64,000 nt of DNA from a virus. The stretch lies in IMG/VR virus record IMGVR_UViG_3300045988_077100, positions 1 through 64,000 of that record; one strand, written 5' to 3'. Both the position numbers and the translations under genes were made by a program. Below are positions 23,064 to 32,342 of this stretch, one piece after another; within the stretch, counting starts at the first letter, position 1; each line of letters starts with the position of its first letter. Below the pieces are notes generated by a model that was not told where the DNA came from, made no database searches, and worked only from the letters and a program-made list of their open reading frames with translations.

Positions 23064-23977
23064 GCAGCGCAATGGAATTTGCAATTACCACGGATCTTAC
23101 TCCGTTGAAGGAGTTTAACATCTCCGCCAACTTTGCGGAGTGTCAGGCGTGGCTGGAAGAGAATCTGGCTCCATACCGGGGCATGGTTGTGACGGAGGAG
23201 GCTATCGGGGCGGCGAAGAAGTACCGGGCCAACATCCGCTCCGTGGCCGCACGTATCGACGAGTGCCGGAAGATGGCCAAGGCGGCGGCGCTGGCAAGCT
23301 ACGCCCCCTTTGAGGAAAAGTGCAAGGCGCTGACGGCCCTGTGCGACGAATCTGCCGCCAATCTGGACGGCCAGATCAAAGCCTTTGACGAACGGCGCCG
23401 CATGGAGAAGCTGGACGCTATCCGGGCCTTTTTTGATGAGCGCATCGGAGAACTTGCGGAATTTCTCCCGTGGGAAGCGGTTCTGGACAAGCGGTGGGGC
23501 AACGCCACCTATTCCGAGGAACAGGCCCACAAGGACATTCTGGTGGCGATCAGCAAGTGCGACAGCAGCATTGCCGCCATCCGCGGGCTGAACAGTGAGT
23601 TCGAGACCACGCTGCTGGAAGAGTACAAGCAGTGTCATGACCTGCCCACGGTGCTGAAAAAGGATCAGGCGCTCAAGCGGGTGAAGGAGATCGAGGAACA
23701 GCGGAAGGCGGAACAGGAACAGCGCAGACAGCAGGCCGAGGCTGCGCGGGCGGCGGAGGAAGCCGCCAGAGCGGAGCGGTTGCAGGCCGTCGTGGAAGCG
23801 GCCAGAGCCATTCAGACAAGTCCAGTCGTCTCAGAGCCGGTAAAGGCAGCGGTGAAAGCCGCAATGGAACCGTCCCTCATTACGCTTTCGTTCCGGGTGA
23901 CAGGCACGGTGGAGCAGCTGAACGGACTGCGGGATTATATGCTGGCCAACGGCATTGCCTTTGGCCGTGCGGACTGA
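23060..23977 (+). CDS. DUF1351-like phage protein (RecT-associated)
   Basis: 305 aa with a central coiled coil. Sits immediately upstream of recT, as in many Firmicutes phages. Confidence 0.6.
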   Translation: MSSAMEFAITTDLTPLKEFNISANFAECQAWLEENLAPYRGMVVTEEAIGAAKKYRANIRSVAARIDECRKMAKAAALASYAPFEEKCKALTALCDESAANLDGQIKAFDERRRMEKLDAIRAFFDERIGELAEFLPWEAVLDKRWGNATYSEEQAHKDILVAISKCDSSIAAIRGLNSEFETTLLEEYKQCHDLPTVLKKDQALKRVKEIEEQRKAEQEQRRQQAEAARAAEEAARAERLQAVVEAARAIQTSPVVSEPVKAAVKAAMEPSLITLSFRVTGTVEQLNGLRDYMLANGIAFGRAD

Positions 23978-23996
23978 ATAAGGGAGGAATTTTGAC

Positions 23997-24986
23997 ATGA
24001 AGGCAACCAACAGCTTTGCGGCCCAGACCCAGCGGGACAAGCCCACGTTTTCCATGGCGATCGCGGCCCCCAGTATGCAGAAGATGATCCAGAGCGCTCT
24101 GCGGAGCGACAAGGCGGCGGCGCGGCTGACCTCCACGCTGATCTCCGCCGTGAATGCCAGCGAACAGCTGAGAGCCTGTGAACCCAGCACCATTGTGGCG
24201 GCGGCACTTCGGGGCGAGGGCATGGGCCTGATCTTTGGCCATGGCTACTATGTGGTGCCCTACGGGACTACCGCTACATACCTACTTTCGTACAAGGGCT
24301 ATATCCAGCTTGCCATGTCCACCGGATTTTATGCGGACATTGACTGCGTGGAAATCCGTGAGGGCGAGATCGAGGGCCGTGACCGGCGAACCGGTAAGCC
24401 CATCGTGAACCTTGCCAAGTACGAGAGTGACGAGGAACGGCAGAGTAAGCCCATTATCGGCTACTACGGCTACTTTGAATTGAAGGACTCTACGTTCCGC
24501 TACGAATACTGGCCCATGGACCGGCTCCTGCGCCATGCGGACCGGTACTCCAAGGCGTTCAGCTATGAGAAGTTCAAGGCCATGCAGAGCGGGGAAATGA
24601 ACCCCAAGGACGTGGAAAAGCTGCTGAACGGTTCCCCCTGGTACGATCCCAACGGCGGGCAGGACCGGATGTGCCGCAAGACGATTCTGCGGCAGCTGCT
24701 GAACAGCGGCTATGCGCCCCTGTCCCCGGAGGTCAAGACCCAGCTCATGGAGGAAGCCAGCGCCGAGGACGAGGGCATGATCCCGGATATGCCCATGCCG
24801 GAGCGCACGGTGGCATCTACCGGAGAGGTGGTGGAGACCGCGCCTGCGGCTGTGGAAGCCCATCAGGAGACCGTGGAGGGTGACGCCGGTATGGTTATGC
24901 CCCCCAAGTCTGAAAAGACCGCAGAGACCCCTCAGAAGGGGCAGGACGAGGGAATGGACTATGCGGCCACCTTCTTTGGGGAATGA
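23997..24986 (+). CDS. recT: RecT-family single-strand annealing recombinase
   Basis: ...CEPSTIVAAALRGEGMGL...YVVPYG...LSYKGYIQLA...MCRKTILRQLL is typical of RecT. Confidence 0.85.
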   Translation: MKATNSFAAQTQRDKPTFSMAIAAPSMQKMIQSALRSDKAAARLTSTLISAVNASEQLRACEPSTIVAAALRGEGMGLIFGHGYYVVPYGTTATYLLSYKGYIQLAMSTGFYADIDCVEIREGEIEGRDRRTGKPIVNLAKYESDEERQSKPIIGYYGYFELKDSTFRYEYWPMDRLLRHADRYSKAFSYEKFKAMQSGEMNPKDVEKLLNGSPWYDPNGGQDRMCRKTILRQLLNSGYAPLSPEVKTQLMEEASAEDEGMIPDMPMPERTVASTGEVVETAPAAVEAHQETVEGDAGMVMPPKSEKTAETPQKGQDEGMDYAATFFGE

Positions 24987-24997
24987 GGTGAGGAGAC

Positions 24998-25498
24998 ATG
25001 CTGATCTCCATTAAGACGCGGGAGGAGGACGGGAGCCGGTACATGATCTGTGCCGGCACCGTCACCCGTGAAGTCAAAACCGGAACCACAGCCAAGGGAA
25101 CGCCGAAGGCGGAATTTGGCATGAAGTACGCCAAGGGCGAGTTCATGAACGTGTCCGCCGTGGGGGACGATGACGTGACCCGCATGGCGGCGTGCCTGGA
25201 AAAGGGAGATGCCGTTCTGGTGTGCGGCGTGTGGAAAACCCGGAGCTACACCACCCGTGACGGGGAACAGAAGGAGTGGAGCGAGCTTCACGCGGAGTTC
25301 GTGGCCCCGCAGGCGGTGATGGCGGCCGTGCTGGACCTGCTGTCGGCGGGAAGCGGGAAAACGCCCGTCTCCGAACCGGCGAAGCCTATGGAACACAGCG
25401 GCAGTCAGGCGGGTTCCCTTGACAGTCAGGAGGACGCCGTTTTGCCGTGGGAACAGCCCGAAGAGGACGAACCCTACGATTATGTACCGCAGATTTAG
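24998..25498 (+). CDS. ssb: single-stranded DNA-binding protein (phage SSB-like)
   Basis: OB-fold-like N-terminal half, a disordered linker and an acidic aromatic tail (EEDEPYDYVPQI). Position after recT. Confidence 0.6.
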   Translation: MLISIKTREEDGSRYMICAGTVTREVKTGTTAKGTPKAEFGMKYAKGEFMNVSAVGDDDVTRMAACLEKGDAVLVCGVWKTRSYTTRDGEQKEWSELHAEFVAPQAVMAAVLDLLSAGSGKTPVSEPAKPMEHSGSQAGSLDSQEDAVLPWEQPEEDEPYDYVPQI

Positions 25499-25511
25499 GG
25501 GGAATTGACCT

Positions 25512-26360
25512 ATGGCGAAAGAAAACCGGTATTTCTGGCTGCGGCTCTATGATGACTTCTTTACGTCCAAGCGGATCAAAAAACTCCGCAAGCTGGCAGG
25601 CGGCGATACCTACCTCATCATTTACCTGAAAATGCAGCTCATTGCCATGAAGCACGATGGGATTTTGCAGTGGTCAGGTCTCGACGATAACTTTGCCGAT
25701 GAGCTGGCGTTGGAACTGGATGAGGAACCGGCCAACGTGGAGGTGACGATCAACTACCTTCTTTCCTGCGGCTTGGCGGAGACCTCGGATGACGTCACGT
25801 TTTTCTTCCCGTATGCGGTGAAAAACGTTGGGAGCGAAGGTTCCTCCGCGAAGCGGATGAGGGAGTCCAGAGCAAGAGCAAAGCTGAGAGAACCGTCACA
25901 ATGTTCGAACGATGTGCGAACATTGTGCGAACATCGTTACGGAGAGAAAGAGATAGAGAAAGAGATAGATATAGAAGATATATCTTCTTCACTACGTTCA
26001 GAAGATATGGGGGGCGGTGCCCCCAGTGAGCCAAAGGCACCGGAGAGCAGAAAGCGGACGGCGGTGAAATTCGTACCGCCCACGCTGGAAGAGGTGGAAG
26101 CCTACGCCGCGTCCCGGCAGAGCACGGTGGACCCCCGTCGGTTTTTTGAGTATTTTAACACCCCGGACGCGCAGGGCCGCTCGTGGAGGGACAGCAAGGG
26201 GAACCCGGTGAAGAACTGGAAGCAGAAGTTCCTCACATGGGAAGGCCGGGACGGCGGGAAGGGAAAGCCCGCCCCGGCGGCATCCCAGACGGACAAGCCC
26301 CGGAAAAGCTGGACGGAGCTGGCAGCGGAAATGGACGCGGAGGAGGGCCGCACAACATGA
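25512..26360 (+). CDS. phage replisome organizer
   Basis: The N-terminus MAKENRYFWLRLYDDFFTSKRIKKLRKLAGGDTYLIIYLKMQL is the phage_rep_org_N signature. Confidence 0.75.
   Translation: MAKENRYFWLRLYDDFFTSKRIKKLRKLAGGDTYLIIYLKMQLIAMKHDGILQWSGLDDNFADELALELDEEPANVEVTINYLLSCGLAETSDDVTFFFPYAVKNVGSEGSSAKRMRESRARAKLREPSQCSNDVRTLCEHRYGEKEIEKEIDIEDISSSLRSEDMGGGAPSEPKAPESRKRTAVKFVPPTLEEVEAYAASRQSTVDPRRFFEYFNTPDAQGRSWRDSKGNPVKNWKQKFLTWEGRDGGKGKPAPAASQTDKPRKSWTELAAEMDAEEGRTT
25900..26010. repeat. iteron/palindrome cluster inside the replisome-organizer gene (candidate ori)
   Basis: Tandem TGTGCGAACAT x2 (25913, 25924). Tandem GAGAAAGAGATA x2 (25943, 25955). A 14-bp perfect palindrome GAAGATATATCTTC (25974-25987). 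Confidence 0.5.
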
Positions 26361-27058
26361 CCAGACAGGAGACAGGCATCATCATGGATATTCTGACGGC
26401 GGCCTATCCCCGATTTTACAGCAGCACCACCGGGCCGGATATGCGCAACGCCATCAAACTGTGGGCGGATATGTTTGCCCATGACGAGGTGGCGCTGGTG
26501 GCGGCGGCGGTAAAAAGCGTGATCGAAAGCGACGAAAAGGGCTTCCCGCCCACCATCGGGCAGGTAAAGGCCAAACTTCGCCTGCTGACGGCAAAACCGG
26601 AAATGACGGAGGCAGAGGCGTGGGGTCTGGTGGCAAGGGCCATCCGCAACGGGCTGTACGGCGCGGAGGAAGAATTTGAGAAGTTCCCGCCGGTGGTACA
26701 GCGGATCGTGGGCAGCCCCAACACGTTGCGGGAGTGGGCGCGGATGGACACGGAAACGGTGCACAGCGTAGTGTCCAGCAACTTTCAGCGCAGCTATCGG
26801 GTCATTTCCGCACGGGAACGGGAGATCAACGCCCTGCCTGCGGAGGTTCGGGCGCTGGTACAGCGTATCGGCACCGGGCCGGAGCCGAAGAAGCTGGCAC
26901 CGCCTGAGAAGAAACCACTGCCGGCGGCGGAAGCAAAACCGGAAGCCGAGGCGGTGAAGCCGCCGGAATGGTTCAAGGACGCGGTACGGCCCCAGCGGCG
27001 TAGCCGGGATGAGGTGATGGCCTATCTCCGGGGAAAGGCCGATGGGGATGGCAGGTAA
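26357..27058 (+). CDS. replicative helicase loader/inhibitor-like protein
   Basis: MTRQETGIIMDILTAAYPRFY... resembles the G40P-loader family N-terminus. Start coupled by ATGA overlap. Confidence 0.6.
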   Translation: MTRQETGIIMDILTAAYPRFYSSTTGPDMRNAIKLWADMFAHDEVALVAAAVKSVIESDEKGFPPTIGQVKAKLRLLTAKPEMTEAEAWGLVARAIRNGLYGAEEEFEKFPPVVQRIVGSPNTLREWARMDTETVHSVVSSNFQRSYRVISAREREINALPAEVRALVQRIGTGPEPKKLAPPEKKPLPAAEAKPEAEAVKPPEWFKDAVRPQRRSRDEVMAYLRGKADGDGR

Positions 27059-27320
27059 TTTTACGCTGGCAAGCTGTATGCGGAGATACAGGACGCGGGA
27101 TGAGTTGGAGGACCCCTCCAACAGCCTGCACAAGTGCTGGTCCTGCAAACTGGCCTATGGGCAATGCGAATGGAGCCGGGTGGACGAGAAAAGCGGAAAA
27201 GTCCGCTTTGAGGACGTTCCCGGATGGAAGGTCCGGCGGAGATCCCGCATGGAGCGGGACGGAATGGTGGAGCGGGTGCAGGTTTTGGACTGCCCGAAGT
27301 ATCAGGAGGAAAAGCGATGA
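27042..27320 (+). CDS. hypothetical Cys-containing protein (92 aa)
   Basis: ORF track entry. Start uncertain. Confidence 0.4.
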   Translation: MGMAGNFTLASCMRRYRTRDELEDPSNSLHKCWSCKLAYGQCEWSRVDEKSGKVRFEDVPGWKVRRRSRMERDGMVERVQVLDCPKYQEEKR

Positions 27321-27838
27321 GCGTTTGTTTGGATGATCTGAACAGCCTGCCGGAGCGCTACCGGAAGCAGGTACAACAGCAGATGCAGGCCCAGCAGATC
27401 GACCGGACGGCCAGAGTAATGGCTCAATTCGTGACGGAGGAGAAGGGGAAGGCGGAAGCGGCGGCGGAGGGCAAGCGCAAGCACCATAACCACCCCACCG
27501 CCCGGACCCTGCCCAACGGAACGGAGCACACCTTCGACAGCCGCAAGGAGGCGGCCCGGTATGACGAGCTGGCACTGCTCAGCAAGGCAGGGGCTATCCG
27601 GGACCTGCGGCTCCAACCTCAATTCACGCTGAAAGAAAGCTACATCACGGCCAACGGCGACCGAAGCCGCGCCGTGACGTATCGGGCGGACTTCTCCTAC
27701 GAGGAGCGGGGGAAGGACGGCACATGGAATCTGGTGGTGGAGGACGTAAAAGGCCCCTCCACGAAAAAAGACAAGACCTACCGCATGAAGGTGAAGCTGA
27801 TGCAGGACATGAAGCACATTACCGTGCGGGAGGTATGA
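27317..27838 (+). CDS. DUF1064-like protein (putative Holliday-junction resolvase class)
   Basis: FDSRKEAARYDELALLSKAGAIRDLRLQPQFTL...YRADFSY...VVEDVKG...YRMKVKLM pattern. Confidence 0.65.
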   Translation: MSVCLDDLNSLPERYRKQVQQQMQAQQIDRTARVMAQFVTEEKGKAEAAAEGKRKHHNHPTARTLPNGTEHTFDSRKEAARYDELALLSKAGAIRDLRLQPQFTLKESYITANGDRSRAVTYRADFSYEERGKDGTWNLVVEDVKGPSTKKDKTYRMKVKLMQDMKHITVREV

Positions 27839-28224
27839 ACGGAAAGGAGATATGCCCGGTGGAGACCGTAACTGTGATCGTGCGGGCTGTGCTGCCCTGG
27901 GACAGCGCAGACGGGAAAGACCGGATCGAGATATGCACCCATGACCGGCAGAGCCAGATCGACTACTGCCTGAACCACTGCCCCTATGCAGAATGCGTGA
28001 ACTGCGCGGGTGGAGGTCGGACTACCAGCCGCGGCGGACGGCCACCCCTTCTGCGGGAAGCGGAAATGCAGAAGCTGCGGGAACTGCTGGAAGCCCGGAC
28101 AGCCCCGGCGGACATTTGCCGGGAGATGCACATGGACGCGGATTTTCTAAGTCGGTGCAAACGGAAACTGCGGAGGGAAAGAAAACGAGACGATTATTTG
28201 AAAATGCAAAAGGGGGTGATTTAG
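27835..28224 (+). CDS. hypothetical protein (129 aa)
   Basis: ATGA-coupled start. Ends with TAG at 28222-28224. Confidence 0.5.
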   Translation: MNGKEICPVETVTVIVRAVLPWDSADGKDRIEICTHDRQSQIDYCLNHCPYAECVNCAGGGRTTSRGGRPPLLREAEMQKLRELLEARTAPADICREMHMDADFLSRCKRKLRRERKRDDYLKMQKGVI

Positions 28225-30082
28225 GTGAAGCATTATGGAGATGTCACAAAAATTTACGGAAATGAAGTAGAACCCGTGGATTGTGTGATAGGTGGTTCAC
28301 CTTGTTAGACAGGACCTTTCCATTGCCGGAAAGAGGGCGGGGCTTGCCGGGGCGCGTTCCGGCCTGTATATGGAGCAAATACGGATTATCAAGGAGATGA
28401 GAGAACGTGACAGAAGAATGGGGCGAACAGGTGAGTTTGTGCGACCTCGGTATATGGTCTGGGAAAATGTCCCCGGAGCCTTCTCAAGCAACGGCGGAAA
28501 AGACTTCGCAGCCGTCCTCGAAGAAGCCATCCGCATCGCAGAACCGGAAGCCCCCAATATTGAAGTGCCTGAAAAAGGTTGGAACACCTGGGGGGGATAC
28601 CACGATGAAATGGGAGGACGATGGAGCGTTGCGTGGCGAGTGCTCGATGCGCAACACTGGGGAGTCCCCCAACGTCGCCGTAGAATCGCGCTTGTCGCAG
28701 ATTTTGGAGGCGACACCGCATGGGAAATATTGTTTGAGCGGCAAAGCATGTCAGGGTATCCTGCGGAGAGCGGAGCGCCGGGGGAAGGCCCTGCCGGGGA
28801 TTCTGAAAACGGTGCTGGTGGAGCAGGCAAAGACGCCGGATCAGTAATCTGCCTCCAAGGGAATGCAATCGACCGGGCTGATACCGCCGGATGCAACGGG
28901 AAGGGCTGGAAAGAAGATGTCTGCTATACGTTGAACACCATTGGCCGTCCGGCGGTCTGCGCCGGTCTGGACTGCCTTACTCCGTGGGATTGCCAGAGCA
29001 AGCGGGTATACAGCGAAGCCGGTGTGATGCCAACGTTGCCAGCCGGAGAAAACAGCGGTCAGAATCAGGAATCCGTACTGTGCGCCGGGTTTAAGCTGGG
29101 GAACAGCGAACAAGCCCGGAGCATCGGATACGCCGAGGAACAGGCCCCTACGCTGAACGCAGAGTGCGGAGGAAACAAACCGGCGGTGATGTGCCTGAAC
29201 GATCAAGGCGGGAATGTGATGGGCGTGAGCCATGATGTTTCCGGGACGCTGAGAGCACAGGAGCATGGGCACCAGCCCTCCATTCTGGATATGAGCCACG
29301 CCTGCGACGTCATCCGGGACTGCGGCGAGGTAGCTCCCAGTCTGCAAGCCCGTATGGGAACCGGCGGCAACCGAATACCGCTGACGTACCAGAAAACAAC
29401 CGGAACTTTATCGCCCGGAGCACACGCAGGGAGCTATAACGGGCAGGACGCTTACAACGATATGCTGGTGGTATCAAGCGAAATTTCCCCAGCATTAAGA
29501 GCAAAAGCCAATGACCCATACCGAACAGATATGGCCGCGTATGTCGCAAGCGTAGATTGCCGAAATTTCACCGAGGGCGGGGAGATCAACGGAACCTTGC
29601 AGGCAAAGGAAAGCGAAGGCCAAAGCCTGAATCTGAACAATACGGTCCGCCAAAACATGGTGGTTCGCCGTCTGACCCCGCTGGAGTGCGAACGGCTTCA
29701 GGGGTTTCCGGACGGATGGACAGATATTGGAGATTGGGTCAAAACAGATAAACGCGGGCGCAAAATAAAAGTGAAAGGAAGTGCGGACAGCCCCCGGTAT
29801 AAGGCACTGGGCAACTCCATCGCCCTGCCGCCGTGGAAATGGCTGCTAAAACGGCTGTGCGGCAACTACGAGCGGGACGCCACAATGGCGAGTTTGTTCG
29901 ATGGAATAGGCGGGTTCCCTTTGATTTGGGAGCAACTGAACGGGCGCGGGACTTGTCTGTGGGCCAGCGAGATCGAGGAGTTCCCCATCGCCGTGACCAA
30001 ACGGCGGTTCGGCACGGTGGAGGAACCGGGAGACATGGGGCGGTTTTTGTTCCCATGCGGAAACGAAAGGAGCGGGACATGA
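28225..30082 (+). pseudogene. DNA (cytosine-5)-methyltransferase, circularly permuted motif order and interrupted in the PCQ motif
   Basis: GTG at 28225 gives VKHYGDVTKIYGNEVEPVDCVIGGSPC, then TAG at 28306. The +1 frame continues QDLSIAGKRAG (IV), WENVPG (VI), GVPQRRRRI (VIII), TPLECERLQGFPDGW (IX), GNSIALP (X), then MASLFDGIGGF (I) and WASEIEEFPIAV (II). Confidence 0.8.
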
Positions 30083-30276
30083 AGCACAGCAACGATTACT
30101 GGGAACAGGAAGCCTATTGGGAGCTGGAACGGCGGCGGGCGGAGAAAAACCGCAAAACCAGAGAGCAGCGGCGGCGGGAGCGGGCGGACACCTCCGCCAT
30201 GATCGGCGGAATTTGCTTTTTACTGCTGCTGGCGGTTCTTTTGGCAAATGTCATGCTGGGAGGCGATACGCTATGA
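30079..30276 (+). CDS. small membrane protein (65 aa)
   Basis: MKHSNDYWEQEAYWELERRR...IGGICFLLLLAVLLANVML. ATGA overlap with the upstream stop. Confidence 0.5.
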   Translation: MKHSNDYWEQEAYWELERRRAEKNRKTREQRRRERADTSAMIGGICFLLLLAVLLANVMLGGDTL

Positions 30277-30509
30277 ACAGGGGAAACCGGAGAGCGGGGG
30301 AGCACCGGGTACTGGAACCGTGCGCCCTGTGCGGAATGTACAGTGGGGAGCGGATGGAGGACGCGGCGCCACCCTTTGACTTCGCCGTGGTGTGCGCTTC
30401 CTGCGGGGCGCGGACCAGACCGTATCACGGTCTGAACTGCGCCACAAAAGCGTGGAACCGGGGAGACGTTTACCGCCCGGAGAAAGGAAAACACTATGTA
30501 TCACTGTGA
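30273..30509 (+). CDS. lar: Lar-family restriction alleviation protein
   Basis: EPCALCG...FAVVCASCGARTRPYHGLNCATKAWNRG matches the Lar zinc-ribbon pattern (CPFCG...V.C..CGA....A..AWNRR). Confidence 0.65.
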   Translation: MNRGNRRAGEHRVLEPCALCGMYSGERMEDAAPPFDFAVVCASCGARTRPYHGLNCATKAWNRGDVYRPEKGKHYVSL

Positions 30510-30660
30510 AACCTGCGGCGCAGATTTTGAAGCACCACTGGTCTTAGACGGTTCGGAGCCGCGCCCGGACTGCTTTTTTGAGCGGTTCCGGAAGGTGGGC
30601 TGCCCCTATTGCGGGAGCCAGTATTTTAACGAATTGGACGAGGAAGGGGAGGAAGAATGA
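30496..30660 (+). CDS. small zinc-ribbon protein (54 aa)
   Basis: Own translation MYHCETCGADFE...VGCPYCGSQYFNELDEEGEEE. AAAGGAAAA RBS. Confidence 0.45.
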   Translation: MYHCETCGADFEAPLVLDGSEPRPDCFFERFRKVGCPYCGSQYFNELDEEGEEE

Positions 30661-30784
30661 TTGATGCCTTGGAATTTATAAAGGCAATTAAACAGATGCT
30701 CAGTGCAGGAGCGAATTGACAGGGCGATTGTGGACACGGTTCTTGAGTTTGTATCGGTGGCCAAGATGGACGGAGGTGCTAACC

Positions 30785-31093
30785 ATGAGGCTGGTTGATG
30801 CAACGCCTTTGGAGTGTCAGGCCAAAGAGCGCAAAGAAAACGAGTGGAATCAACGTGTTTCCCCAACGTCTTGGGCACACGCCGAAGAAAGTTTTTTACA
30901 CCGGATTGAAGATGCTCCCACCGTGGATGCCGTGGTCGTGACGCGGTGCAAGGACTGCAAGCATAAAGGGTGGGTACAGGAGCCGTGTCACGGTAAGAGC
31001 GTTGATTATTGCAAAGTCTGGGACTGCACTTTGCGGAATCTGGAAACTACATTTTGCAGCTACGGCAAGAGAAAGGACGGCGGGGCTGAATGA
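30785..31093 (+). CDS. Cys-rich hypothetical protein (102 aa)
   Basis: Start at MRLVDATPLE with GGAGGTG RBS. CKDCKHKGW...CHG...CKVWDC. Confidence 0.5.
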   Translation: MRLVDATPLECQAKERKENEWNQRVSPTSWAHAEESFLHRIEDAPTVDAVVVTRCKDCKHKGWVQEPCHGKSVDYCKVWDCTLRNLETTFCSYGKRKDGGAE

Positions 31094-31233
31094 AACGGAA
31101 AGACTGGATGATTATAGCCTTTTGGACGCTGGTTATAGCCGCGGGCATTGCGTTTATCGTGTTTTATTTCAAAAGCATTTTAACCGCCGACATTCCACTG
31201 TGGCTGAAACTGCACTTGTTAAGGGGGAAGTAA
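31090..31233 (+). CDS. small membrane protein (47 aa)
   Basis: Own translation MKRKDWMIIAFWTLVIAAGIAFIVFYF.... ATGA overlap. Confidence 0.4.
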   Translation: MKRKDWMIIAFWTLVIAAGIAFIVFYFKSILTADIPLWLKLHLLRGK

Positions 31234-31234
31234 G

Positions 31235-31579
31235 ATGGCCAAACAATCTGGATACTTGCAACGGTGGGAGAACGAGACCAACCGGCTGCTTCAGGCAACG
31301 ATAGTTATAACCTCGCAGTATGACATTGATACCTTGCAAATCGCGATCCACCAGTCGGAGGGCTGGGGCTATGATCGCATTATGCGTCTCACCGAAGCAT
31401 GGGCAGAGGTGAGAAAAGAATACAGACCGGCGCTGGACTACAAAAACCCGGCGGCGGACGTGTGCCAGGAGCACATGGACCGGGTGCTGAAAGAGATCAT
31501 CCGGGATAAGGCGGAGCTGATTCCGCACGCTGAACGGTACAAAGATTTGAAAAAAGTGACGTATGGAGGACGGAAATGA
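31235..31579 (+). CDS. hypothetical protein (114 aa)
   Basis: ORF track entry, GGGGGAAG RBS. Confidence 0.5.
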   Translation: MAKQSGYLQRWENETNRLLQATIVITSQYDIDTLQIAIHQSEGWGYDRIMRLTEAWAEVRKEYRPALDYKNPAADVCQEHMDRVLKEIIRDKAELIPHAERYKDLKKVTYGGRK

Positions 31580-31785
31580 AGATCGGGCAGACGGTAGAGG
31601 CGAAGTTCAAGACGCTGCCGGTGGAGCGGGCGAAAAGTGAGCGGTCAAGCGTGGAGCTGTGCCCGATGCGGACGGGGCGGGTGACATGGGTGCACCCCAA
31701 GGGACGGTTTATCACCGTGACGACCAAAACCCTTGGCGGGGACGTGACGGAGAACTTTTTGCCCGGAGAGGTCCGGGCAATCTGA
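31576..31785 (+). CDS. hypothetical protein (69 aa)
   Basis: ATGA-coupled start. Confidence 0.5.
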   Translation: MKIGQTVEAKFKTLPVERAKSERSSVELCPMRTGRVTWVHPKGRFITVTTKTLGGDVTENFLPGEVRAI

Positions 31786-31802
31786 GAAAGGGGGCGGAGG
31801 AC

Positions 31803-32012
31803 ATGGCAGAGACGCTTGTAAATTTTGTGATCCTGCTTGTAGTGGTGGGCTTTGCGGTCTATGAGGCGAGCAGCGGGAATATTGCCATGACGGTATACGC
31901 CTGCACGCTGCTGGCGCTGTTTTCTTTGCTTTGGAAGATGGAAAGCATCGAACGGCACCTGAAACGGCTTTGCGAATTGCTGGAAGGGGAGGGGGACGAT
32001 GGAGAGGACTGA
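31803..32012 (+). CDS. small membrane protein (69 aa)
   Basis: MAETLVNFVILLVVVGFAVYE...ACTLLALFSLLW. GGCGGAGG RBS. Confidence 0.5.
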   Translation: MAETLVNFVILLVVVGFAVYEASSGNIAMTVYACTLLALFSLLWKMESIERHLKRLCELLEGEGDDGED

Positions 32013-32241
32013 GGACCACAAGCAGGGCAAGGAACTGCCGGTCTACGCGGTACGGCTGCGGGAATTGCGGCGGGCAAGAGGCGTGAGCAGCCGCCGGGTA
32101 TCGGAATACTGCGGTATGAGCCACGGCATGGTAGGATTTTACGAAAGCGGCATGAAGGAACCGAAGGCCACGGCCCTGATCACGCTTGCGGATTTTTACG
32201 GCGTGAGTGTGGATTACATCCTTGGCTTGGAGCCGGAATAA
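31999..32241 (+). CDS. XRE-family HTH protein, last gene before the packaging module
   Basis: VRLRELRRARGVSSRRVSEYCGMSHGMVGFYESGMKEP...LADFYGVSVDYILG. Confidence 0.7.
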   Translation: MERTEDHKQGKELPVYAVRLRELRRARGVSSRRVSEYCGMSHGMVGFYESGMKEPKATALITLADFYGVSVDYILGLEPE

Positions 32242-32299
32242 AAAAATTTTCAAAGTGGCTACTAAAGTTTACCAAATTAAGAAAACCTTGTGGAATAAT

Positions 32300-32342
32300 A
32301 GAGAGTGAGAAGAAATAAATTCTTTTCACTCTCTGTTTTTTT
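32300..32342 (+). terminator. strong rho-independent terminator 18 nt upstream of the terminase-module start codon
   Basis: 15-bp stem AGAGAGTGAGAAGAA/TTCTTTTCACTCTCT followed by GTTTTTTT. Confidence 0.8.

Noticed and set aside
28306-28308. TAG in the PCQ motif read as a recoded Gln (stop-codon reassignment)
   Set aside because: TAG falls exactly where Gln is expected. However, the frame after it does not continue the methyltransferase, because a +1 shift is still needed. The preceding gene (27835-28224) uses TAG as a genuine stop. No suppressor tRNA(CUA) was found in the window.
30657-30784. 20-codon ORF (MIDALEFIKAIKQMLSAGAN) followed by a protein-like stretch in another frame, a possible frameshifted small gene
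   Set aside because: It is too short for a judgement. It could be two tiny genes or a decayed one, so it is left unannotated.
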